From: Nemertoderma westbladi
Lineage: Eukaryota; Animalia; Xenacoelomorpha
NCBI GenBank assembly: GCA_032718475.1
Contig: JAUCBJ010001931.1
Span: 1 to 60,379, forward strand
DNA: 60,379 nt
Reading direction: 5' to 3'
Shown here: positions 22,767-34,700 of the stretch, piece after piece
Layout of the letters: each line of letters begins with the position of its first letter
Numbering within the stretch: position 1 is the stretch's first letter
Program-made: the position numbers and the translations under genes
Notes under the pieces: generated by a model
What the model saw: the letters and a program-made list of their open reading frames with translations, nothing else
Told to the model about the DNA's origin: nothing
Databases searched by the model: none

Positions 22767-25700
22767 CTGCACTTGTTTGAGCTTGAGGTAGACAACACAG
22801 CAGCTTTCGTCAGTCCGTAAAACAAGTTCCATGCCAGGTAGGCAGCGGTATGATTGGTTAGCGGGTGTAACCATGACATTGGAGTCACCGGGCAACCGAG
22901 CTGTGTGCAGGGAACCTGTATCCACTGACTCGAATACAGACCTGTCTCGAGTGCTGTACCGAAATATGATATTCTTTACTCTCCAGAAACCTCGAACCAT
23001 TGCGGGAAGTTTTTCCCTACCATAATCGAGGCTATCTATATCACTTTCAAGGTAATCAAAGTTCGCTAAATCGCTTTTATGAGCCAAGTTTTCCTTAGCC
23101 TGTTTATAATTCTTAACAATAATGTGATGGCCATTCCGGTGTTTATTTATTTTTTTCCCGCCGACATAATCAATAGGGTTTATTCTCGAAAGCTGTTGTA
23201 ATTTAACTAGCGGGTCTGTGTAGACGAGACTGGAACGGGTTTGTTTGGAATCACCATCTAAACGCCGTCTATTATCAAACTCGTCTATATCATATCCATT
23301 TTCATCAACGTCTTCGTCAATATGATAATCAAATTTATTTGTGTTTATTTGTCGTTTTTCTTTATCATTTACGTTTTGATTAAGTAGATCAGAGATCTCA
23401 ATTGAATCCTGTGATTCCTTCTCAATTTCAACATTATTTTTAACATAATTTTCATGTTTCTTCTCCAAAAGGCTTTTCTTTATTAACATGTCCAAATCAA
23501 CAGCAGCAACTATTCTTTTTTCATTTTCATTATATGTTTCAGCTTTTTGCAGGTCGTCGTTTTCCTTCTTATAATCTGTCTGCTCCACTTCGCTCAAAAT
23601 ATCTTCAAGTTGAAATGGCAAACTCCCCGATGGAGGGACTTTACTACGACTACCTTTGCCATCATCAATATCATCATCCACTATAGTTCTGTCATCCAAG
23701 TCGTATTTATGAAGCTCTCGGAATTCAGGATTATTTAACAATTTATCCATGTCAATTAGTTGTGGATTATACATAGTATTATCGTCACGTGTATTTCCTT
23801 TAGAATTCTCACCAATCTCTTCTGAAATGCTCTTCTTTATTACCATATCCAAATCAACCACAGCCTCACTATCATTATCGTTGTTTGTTTTAGCTTTATC
23901 CATGATATCTTTATTAACTTCAATTTCACCATGATCAAGTCTCCCAGCATCAGTTGCAACAATTCTGCTTACTTTAGACACACTACTAAAGAAATCAGGT
24001 TTTTCATTCTTCTTATTCTCTGTTTTTTTCATTTCATTCACAATGTCTTCAAGTTGTAACGCTAAACTCTCCAATGGGAGAATTTTATCACGCTTATTAA
24101 TGCCATCAACAACATCCAACATATTTCTACCTTCCAAGTCATACTTGTGTATCTTTCGAAATTCTGGATTATTTAAAAAATCTTCCAAGCTAATTTCCAA
24201 ACCATTGCGATTACTAGCAATATCTCTTGCCTCGCTGTAGCCATCCACATTTACGTTATTATTTACTTCGTCCGTTCTTGATTCTTCAGAGTAAAAACTA
24301 CTAGGTATATTTTCTCCACTGAGATGCAACTGATGGCCATCAATGTTGTACCGTCCTGCACCATTATTAACGTCAATGGCCTTAAGCTCGTTGGACTTTT
24401 TATCACTTTCACGTAGTAGTTCTCGCGTTTCAGAAATATCAATGTCTAGACCTTCACTATCTAATTGAGCATTCCTATCTAAAGCTTCCATGTTCACCGA
24501 ATTACTTGCTGTATCAGGTGCATCTATTTCATCTAATAATGCATTTTTCACTACACTTTCTGGCTTGTTGCTAACTTCCATGCCTAGTGGACCCATCTCT
24601 CTATTATCACTACTCTCTACATCCCCCCCACGCTCACCCATATCCGCAACACTATGAGGTTCATCTATAACTTCATCATCTATACCCCTCTCGAAATCAT
24701 TAATTTCCATATCTTTATTATCTAGAACTTCCACCACTTCATCTCGCTTTGCCCAATTATCGCGAATCATTTCAAATTCGATTCTCAAACTGTACTCATC
24801 ATCTCCCCATGTCAGCTCTAATCCTGGAATATCTGTCTCAGAGAACCCACAATGACCTTTGACCTCGTCTGGGAATGCCGGCATCTCCATAAACACACGC
24901 TTCCTATGCCGGCTCCCAGATACATTACCTCTATATTCAATATCAAACTCAGCTGTAAAACTTGCTTTAAGGCATATTTCGCCATTGTCCCCAGCAATTT
25001 GGAAGTCACCTATTTGTGGCTCCAAGTCCACAAATTTTGCATCTTTTCCAACATCATTGGTATTATCTTTATCCTTCTCAAGGTCGTACTCATACATGTC
25101 AATATTCTCATAATCAATACCTTCTTTATCATCTATATCCACTGGATCCTTTAATGAGTTGGTGGCTAACACCGAGGTTATATTATTTACATCATCTTCA
25201 AGAATGTCATCATCACCCTTATTAACGTCATATATATCGAAATCATTGTCACTATCTCCTTTAACTATTTCATCACCGTAATCATCATCAGCGTCATCTC
25301 TGCTCATCAGTGCAATAATATCGTCCTTATTGTCAGGAACGCTCTCTGGAGATTTAGCAACATTCAACTTCTTAACATTCTGAATGGAATTAATATCTTG
25401 TATAATGTCCGTATGTAGTTTCTTTGAGTCATCATTATTATCAACATCATCATTATCATTATCAATTTGTTCTCTCCCTTCTAGGACAGCTATGTCGTTG
25501 ATCTTAGCATCAAAATAGGGCGCTTTACTAAGGATATTACCAATAACGCCATAAGAACTATTCTTCTCAATAATACTTCTGCCTTCATTACTATCACGGA
25601 AACTATTCACATATTTTTCCGAAACCCCTAAAGGTATTTTAAAAAACTTTTTATTATTAGTCAGAACTTCCTTAACTTCGTTGTCAACCACACTGCCACT

Positions 25701-26186
25701 ATTAATATCCCTCTCTGCTGATTCTTCATATCCTTTGTAGACAATGTTTTGCGTATCCCTTTCAGCATTATTATCAGTCTCTAAGTTATTATCGTTATCA
25801 CTATGATCGGTGCGAACAATATGCTTAGTTCCAGAGTTTAACTCATTTTCATCTAATACGCCAGTAACGTCTCTCAAAGTCTCATCTAAATCTAAAGCCC
25901 TATCATCAATACTTATTTCAAGACTTTCACGTCTAAATCGTGACCTGCTTTTCAGCAACGCGAGAGCATTTAAACCCCAGAATAGCTTATTATTTTTACC
26001 TGGTACCGGTAGCTTATTAATACTGTGTGAATTCTGTTGTTTGAGATTTCGAATTGGATTATGGAAACCCCATAGTTTTTCCCGCATTGGCGAAGAACCT
26101 TTCGCGTTTGCCAAATTCGTCACATTTATTGCAAATAGTATATATCCTAAAACAAGTGTTGTTAAATATAAAACGCGAAATTCCAT
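22767..26186 (-). CDS. LAMP-family (LAMP5/UNC-46-like) membrane glycoprotein, exon 1, with long acidic regions
   Basis: Signal-peptide-like N-terminus; NGEICLKASFTAEFDIEY...EVKGHCG...LELTW...YSLRIEF and WRVKNIIFRY...HTA...VTPANQSYRC resemble the two halves of the LAMP5 luminal domain; CAG|GTGATT donor at 22767/22766. Confidence 0.85.
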
Positions 26187-26497
26187 ATCAAAGTTATTTG
26201 ACTAATTTTACGGAGAAAATTATTTTCTAGAACATATCTATTGTTTTAGAAATATCATCACGTGAATAAAATCATAGTATTACTAAAATTGAATTAGAAA
26301 ACGAATTAATTTAATAGTTTGTGGTTTAGTATAGAAGGACTAACTGTAGATTCGATAATTTTACGCGCCTTAAAATTATACGTGCGTAATTTACGCGCGT
26401 AAAAATTATCGAAGTCTTCTAAAACCGCGAACACATCTCTTGCGACTCTAGCAAACGATTAACCTATTTATTTTATAATTCAGCATGTGCTTATTTT

Positions 26498-27022
26498 AGT
26501 CTCGATATTTTCACTCTCGATATTTTTACTCTCGATATTTTTTTAACACTCGATATTTTTACTCTCGATATTTTTACTCTCGATATTTTTACTCTCGATA
26601 TTTTTACTCTAGATATTTTTACTCTCGAGTCTCGATATTATTACTCTAGATATTTTTACTCTCGAGTCTCGATATGTTTACTCTCGATATGTTTACTCTC
26701 GATATTTTTACTCTCGATATTTTTACTCTCGATATGTTTACTCTCGATATTTTTACTCTAGATATTTTTACTCTCGAGTCTCGATATTTTTACTCTCGAT
26801 ATTTTTACTCTAGATATTTTTACTCTCGAGTCTCGATATGTTTACTCTCGATATGTTTACTCTCGATATTTTTACTCTCGATATTTTTACTCTCGATATG
26901 TTTACTCTCGATATTTTTACTCTAGATATTTTTACTCTCGAGTCTCGATATTTTTACTCTCGAGTCTCGATATTTTTACTCTCGATATTTTTACTCTCGA
27001 TATGTTTACTCTCGATATTTTT
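26498..27022. repeat. Minisatellite of about 17-bp TTTTTACTCTCGATA units with longer variants
   Basis: Directly visible tandem array. Confidence 0.95.
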
Positions 27023-27656
27023 TACATGGTTTTAAAATGATGGGTTTAAAATCGATCACCAGAGTTTCGAGGATGTGGAGATCAGACAGGATGACATCGT
27101 TCGGGTTCTGATTGCTGTTAGGTATTCTTATCTACACGGATCCACCGTCAAGTACAGTTCGTGCCAGGTGATGTGTTGCCCTGGTGAATGCGCTACTCCA
27201 GTCTGGGAGGTGAACCTAGCTACACTAACAACCATCAGGGCGGTTGAAAAAACGACAACAGATGATGAGAATACACCAAGCAGTTCGGTGATTGCTACAA
27301 TTTCCTATGGTTTTATTGCTGGTTACATTCAATGGATTATTTTAGAAACATAATCAATAAATATTGACAAAACTCAACATTACTGTGGTACTTGTGGTGC
27401 CTTCGCCCAGCGCGAGAGTCTGTTAAAACTGTATTACCGGTAATACTGTATCTGTTATACATACAGTAGAGCCTATGGAAACAGCAAAATAACATTGACA
27501 ATATTAAAAATATTTATTGTATTTTATTATGTACTGTAGGCCTATAATGTATTATTTATTGTTAAAAACTAAAATGTCCTTAAAAGTTTAAGTATATCTA
27601 GACTAAGTTATATTTAGGGCGACCTAGCGCTAGTCTGTGAAAGATTAATCTACATT

Positions 27657-28114
27657 TGTGGCTGGCCACGAGAAAAGGGACCTTATGTCGCAAAACCTGA
27701 TTCTGAGATAATCGCATTTAAAGTTTCCCTCTATTTTTGAACAAATTTAATTGGAATATCAAGTTAGAAATGTATAAAACGATGCGGGAAATTCAAATTG
27801 GTTCTGATATTTAAGATACCTAGGAAAGAACTAATTACAGGAAGCAATATAAGATGTTGCAGTGTTGTATATAACACTGTTTTAGTGTTTTCATGTCTGA
27901 ATTTAGGACTTTAATAAAAGGTACTAATACGGGTAGGTAGGAAAAGATCTACCCGAAACACCTTCACATAAATCGCTATAACTTTTTTTTGGAAATAGAT
28001 ATTGAGACACCGTTTTTTTTGTTAAAATCTCTGTAAAATTCTGCATATCATAGGCCTAATAACTCAAAATCGACCTCCGGTAACATAAGGTCCCTTTTCT
28101 CATGGCCAGCCACA
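27657..28114. mobile_element. MITE with about 32-bp TIRs
   Basis: TGTGGCTGGCCACGAGAAAAGGGACCTTATGT ... ACATAAGGTCCCTTTTCTCATGGCCAGCCACA. Confidence 0.85.
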
Positions 28115-28494
28115 TTTATTTGGTTCAAAAGTTACTAAGCCAACTTTTATAGCTAATAAGCTAATAAAACTATAATAATATAGTTAACAAGCTAATACAA
28201 CTTTTTATAAAAAAAAAGTTGTATTTAGAGCCTCCTAGCGACGGTCCATGCAATTGCAGAACACCAAATTCCCTAAACTTTGTTAAGTTTTTCTCTATTA
28301 GCGTCCAAAGCTTGAGCCAGACAGACAGATAGGCAGACAGACAGGCGGGCAGGCAGATTTACAACGCCGATTTGGCTCTGCATTAAACTGGATGCTAAAG
28401 CTTGCTTCGTCGTTTCTCTCCCCACAGGAACAAATCGGCGTTTATATTTTCGCCCATCTGTATATATGTCTACATGTATATATGTCTGTATATA

Positions 28495-29925
28495 CTACTA
28501 CTACTACTAAGTCGAGCGAACTCGGACAGTGGAAATGAGATCCTTCCAGGCTTCCCGATTCTCCATAGTTGTCGCAATTTCGTTTCTCCCAAGTTCAGTA
28601 TCCCTTTCAAGTTGATCTATGTTATGGCCGGTCGTCCACCACTACGCTTTCCATGAGTTGGTTGCCAGAGAAGTAGATCTGGTATGACCTCGTCTTTACT
28701 TCGCCAGCAGTGCCCACTGAATCTTATCTGCGTTCACGGAGGGTGGTTGATACAGGTGGTATTGTACCATAAAGCTCGGCGTTTGTCATGTGTTGTCTCC
28801 AGCTGATGTTTAGGGCTGCCCTTAGTAGTCTTGTGTAGCAACCATCAATTCGTTGTTCAAGTGATTTAGTCAGTGTCCAGGTCTCACCCCCATATAAAAA
28901 TACACTTTCCACTGTGGCTCGAAAGATCTTAGTCTTCATGTGCCTGGAGAGATCTGATTTCCAGATGGTATCCATTTTTGATAGAGCTACCCATGCCTTT
29001 GCTTTCCTAACTTCTATGTCCTTTCTGCTACTCTCTATCCATGATCCTAGGTACTGGAAGTTGTCAACCTTCCTTAGTTGATTATTATCAATGGTTGTCA
29101 AGTTTCCATCAACATTAAAGGTCATGAATTCGGTCTTTGTAGCATTTATATGCAATCCAACCTCCTTAGCAGCCCTCTCCACTTTATTTAGTAGAAGCTG
29201 TGCATCTGCTAGCGTATTAGAGAGCAGGGCGATGTCATCCGCGAAGTCGGTGTCTGTGACTGTAGTTGCCGGATATCTACTCTGCGTTCTTGAAGTGTGA
29301 ATCCCAGATCTTCACCCTTTGTGGCCGTCCTCATTGCGTAATCCAGCGCAATTACAAATGGTAATGGTGCTAATGTGTTACCTTGCAGTACGCCAGCCAG
29401 GATTGAGAAAAACTCAGTTTCACCATCTGGTGAGAGTACCTCAGTACCTGTGCTTCTGTCACAATATAACAATCCAATGCCAGCAACGATTACTTCTGGT
29501 ATTCCATAAGCTCTTAGGATTTCAAGCATTTTACCTCTATGGATGGAGTCGAATGCCTTCTTGAATTCCACAAAAGTCGTGACTGCGGTGAGATTCTTTG
29601 ACTTAATTCCTTCAATCAGTGTCCGTAGTGCAAGTATCTGAGCTATTGTTGATCTACTTGGTCGAAATTCGTTTTGGCTCTTACGCAGTAGTTTCTCTAT
29701 GTGAGGCCTAATCCTATATAGAATCATTTTATTGTATATTTTGGCAGCTACCACAAATAGACAGATCCCACGATAGTTTGTTGGTATACCGAGGTCTCCT
29801 TTCTTGGGGAGAGGCTTCAGTTGACCTTTAGTCCAAATTGGTGGAGGCTTTTCCCCTTTTAACATCCGGTTGCAAACATTCAATAATGGTCTGTTTAGCA
29901 CTCCTGTTTTCCATACCTCCGCTGG
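28495..29925 (-). mobile_element. RTE LINE copy of the same family as 21490-22491, frameshifted and 5'-truncated
   Basis: PLPKKGDL, NYRGI, FKKAFDS, GVLQG, FQYLGSWI, FRATVESVFLYG; (CTA)n tail; near-identical to the other copy where they overlap. Confidence 0.93.
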
Positions 29926-29928
29926 GAT

Positions 29929-31345
29929 TTATGTATATATGTCTGTATATATGTCTGTATATATGTATGTATATATGTCTGTATATATGTCTGTATATAT
30001 ATCTGTATATATGTCTGTATATATATGTCTGTATATATGTCTGAGTCTGTATATATGTCTTTATATATGTCTGAATAGATGTCTGTATATATGTCTGTAT
30101 ATATGTATGTATGTATTTCTGTATATATGTCTGTATATATGTCTGTATATATGTCTGTATATATATGTCTGTATATATGTCTGTATATATGTAAGTATAT
30201 ATGTCTGTATATATGTCTGTATATATGTCTGTATATATGTCTGTATATATGTCTGTATATATGTCTGTATATTTGTCTGTATATATGTCTGTATTTATGT
30301 CTGTATATATGTCTGTATATATGTCTGAGTTTGTATATATGTCTATATATTTCAGTATATATGTCTGTATATATGTCTGTATATATGTCTGTATATATGT
30401 CTCTATATATGTCTGTATATATGTTTGTATATATGTCTGTATATATGTCTGTATATATGTCGGTATATATGTCTGTATATATGTCTGTATATATGTCTGT
30501 ATATATGTCTGTATATATGTCTGTATAATGTCTGTATATATGTCTATATATTTCAGTATATATGTCTGTATATATGTCTGTATATATGTCTGTATATATG
30601 TCTGTATATATGTCTCTATATATGTCTGTATATATGTTTGTATATATGTCTGTATATATGTCTGTATATATGTCGGTATATATGTCTGTATATATGTCTG
30701 TATATATGTCTGTATATATATGTCTGTATATATGTCTGAGTCTGTATATATGTCTTTATATATGTCTGAATAGATGTCTGTATATATGTCTGTATATATG
30801 TATGTATGTATTTCTGTATATATGTCTGTATATATGTCTGTATATATGTCTGTATATATATGTCTGTATATATGTCTGTATATATGTAAGTATATATGTC
30901 TGTATATATGTCTGTATATATGTCTGTATATATGTCTGTATATATGTCTGTATATATGTCTGTATATTTGTCTGTATATATGTCTGTATTTATGTCTGTA
31001 TATATGTCTGTATATATGTCTGAGTTTGTATATATGTCTATATATTTCAGTATATATGTCTGTATATATGTCTGTATATATGTCTGTATATATGTCTGTA
31101 TATATGTCTCTATATATGTCTGTATATATGTTTGTATATATGTCTGTATATATGTCTGTATATATGTCGGTATATATGTCTGTATATATGTCTGTATATA
31201 TGTCTGTATATATGTCTGTATATATGTCTGTATAATGTCTGTATATATGTCTATATATGTCTGTATATATGTATGTATATATGTCTGTATATATGTCTGT
31301 ATATATGTCTGTATATATGTTTGTGTATATGTCTGTATATATGTC
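29929..31345. repeat. 12-bp minisatellite (GTCTGTATATAT)n with a 695-bp higher-order duplication
   Basis: Tandem array; variant block CTGAGTCTG...CTGAATAGAT recurs at 30041 and 30736. Confidence 0.97.
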
Positions 31346-31767
31346 TGCCTGTCTGGCTCTGTTTGAACAATTCTATCTGATTATATCTGAACGGTTCTGT
31401 CTGGTCAGCTGCTAATAGGCGCTAAACATCACTTCGTAGGAGCTTAATTAATAACTTTTGGACCACTACATAAATTTTGGAGACGGGGGGGGGGGGGGAA
31501 CTGGACGCAAATCCCATCTTGGCGAATTAATATCCCGCATCAATGTTCAATTGTAAATTTAGGGAAAGGAGCAGGTTACAGTGGCACGTTATTTTAACCA
31601 AAACAATCTAAACACAATAGAACAGGTTATACAGTTTTGAAAGAAATCAGCTGTTATTTGTGTCGAACTCATCCAAAACTTAAAATAGTTATCTGCCCTG
31701 CCATCTTTATAGGAGTAAAAAAAAACGTACAAAAGCTAATACGTTAATAGCTCGTTAGGCTATATTT

Positions 31768-34700
31768 TTAATAATATGTCCATGTCTGCAATAATATGTT
31801 CATGCATGTAATAATATGTCCATATCTATTTCCATGCATGTAATAATATCTCCATGTCTGTAAAAATATGTCCGTCCATGTCTAAAATATTATGTCTATG
31901 TCTGTAATAATATGTCCATGTCTGTAATAATATGTCCATGTCTGTAATAATATGTCCATGTCTGCAATAATATGTTCATGCATGTAATAATATGTCCATA
32001 TCTATTTCCATGCATGTAATAATATCTCCATGTCTGTAAAAATATGTCCGTCCATGTCTAAAATATTATGTCTATGTCTGTAATAATATGTCCATGTCTG
32101 TAATAATATGTCCATGTCTGTAATAATATGTCCATGTCTGTAATAATGTCCATTTCTGCATAAATATGTACTTGTCTGTAATATTAAGTCCATATCTTTA
32201 ATAATATGTACATGTCTGTAATAATATGTACATGTCTGTAATAATATGTCCATGGCTGTAATAATATGTACATGTCTGTAATAATATGTACATGTCTGTA
32301 ATAATATGTCCATGTCTGTAATAATATGTCCATGTCCATGTCTGTAATAATGTCCATGTCTGTAATAATATGTACATGTCTGTAATAATATGTCCATGTC
32401 TGTAATAATATGTACATGTCTGTAAAAATGTCCATGTCTGTAATAATATGTACATGTCTGTAATAATATGTCCATGTCTGTAATAGTATATCTATGTCTG
32501 TAATAATATGTACATGTCTGTAAAAATGTTCATGTCTGTAATAATATGTCCATGTCTGTAATAATATGTCCATGTCTGTAATAATATGTACATGTCTGTA
32601 ATAATATGTCCATGTCTGTAATAATATGTACATGTCTGTAATAATATGTCCATGTCTGTAATAATATGTACATGTCTGTAAAAATGTCCATGTCTGTAAT
32701 AATATGTACATGTCTGTAATAATATGTCCATGTCTGTAATAGTATATCTATGTCTGTAATAATATGTACATGTCTGTAAAAATGTTCATGTCTGTAATAA
32801 TATGTCCATGTCTGTAATAATATGTCCATGTCTGTAATAATATGTCCATGTCTGTAATAATATGTACATGTCTGTAATAATATGTCCATGTCTGTAATAG
32901 TATATCTATGTCTGTAATAATATGTACATGTCTGTAATAATATGTCCATGTCTGTAATAGTATATCTATGTCTGTAATAATATGTCCATGTCTGTAATAG
33001 TATATCTATGTCTGTAATAATATGTACATGTCTGTAAAAATGTTCATGTCTGTAATAATATGTCCATGTCTGTAATAATATGTCCATGTCTGTAATAATA
33101 TGTACATGTCTGTAATAATATGTCCATGTCTGTAATAATATGTACATGTCTGTAATAATATGTCCATGTCTGTAATAATATGTACATGTCTGTAAAAATG
33201 TTCATGTCTGTAATAATATGTCCATGTCTGTAATAATATGTCCATGTCTGTAATAATATGTACATGTCTGTAATAATATGTCCATGTCTGTAATAATATG
33301 TACATGTCTGTAATAATATGTCCATGTCTGTAATAATATGTACATGTCTGTAAAAATGTCCATGTCTGTAATAATATGTACATGTCTGTAATAATATGTC
33401 CATGTCTGTAATAGTATATCTATGTCTGTAATAATATGTACATGTCTGTAAAAATGTTCATGTCTGTAATAATATGTCCATGTCTGTAATAATATGTCCA
33501 TGTCTGTAATAATATGTCCATGTCTGTAATAATATGTACATGTCTGTAATAATATGTCCATGTCTGTAATAATATGTACATGTCTGTAATAATATGTCCA
33601 TGTCTGTAATAGTATATCTATGTCTGTAATAATATGTACATGTCTGTAAAAATGTTCATGTCTGTAATAATATGTCCATGTCTGTAATAATATGTCCATG
33701 TCTGTAATAATATGTCCATGTCTGTAATAATATGTACATGTCTGTAATAATATGTCCATGTCTGTAATAATATGTACATGTCTGTAATAATATGTCCATG
33801 TCTGTAATAGTATATCTATGTCTGTAATAATATGTACATGTCTGTAAAAATGTTCATGTCTGTAATAATATGTCCATGTCTGTAATAATATGTCCATGTC
33901 TGTAATAATATGTCCATGTCTGTAATAATATGTACATGTCTGTAATAATATGTCCATGTCTGTAATAATATGTCCATGTCTGTAATAATATGTACATGTC
34001 TGTAATAATATGTCCATGTCTGTAATAATATGTACATGTCTGTAATAATATGTACATGTCTGTAATATTATGTACAGTACATCTCTGTAATAGTATGTAC
34101 ATGTCTGTAATAATATGTACAGTACATCTCTGTAATAGTATGTACATGTCTGTAATAATATGTCCATGTATGTAATAATAGTCCATGTCTGTAATAATAT
34201 GTCCATGTCTGTAATAATGTCCATATCTGTAATAATATGTCCATGTCTGAAAATAATATGTCCATGTCTGTAATAATATGTACATGTCTGTAATAATATG
34301 TACATGTCTGTAATAGTATGTACATGTCTGTAATAATATGTCCATGTATGTAATAATAGTCCATGTCTGTAATAATATGTCCATGTCTGTAATAATGTCC
34401 ATATCTGTAATAATATGTCCATGTCTGAAAATAATATGTCCATGTCTGTAATAATATGTACATGTCTGTAATAATATGTACATGTCTGTAATATTATGTA
34501 CATGTCTGTAATAATATGTACATGTCTGTAATATTATGTACATGTCTGTAATATTATGTACAGTACATCTCTGTAATAGTATGTACATGTCTGTAATAAT
34601 ATGTCCATGTCTGTAATAATAGTCCATGTCTGTAATAATATGTCCATGTCTGTAATAATGTCCATATCTGTAATAATATGTACATGTCTGTAATAATATG

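Noticed and set aside
27075-27353. 92-aa ORF with a weak RT-like TPVW motif
   Set aside because: Too little similarity to assign; possibly an old LINE scrap.
29838-31380. MSVY, ICLY and YVCI repeat ORFs
   Set aside because: Translations of the 12-bp minisatellite.
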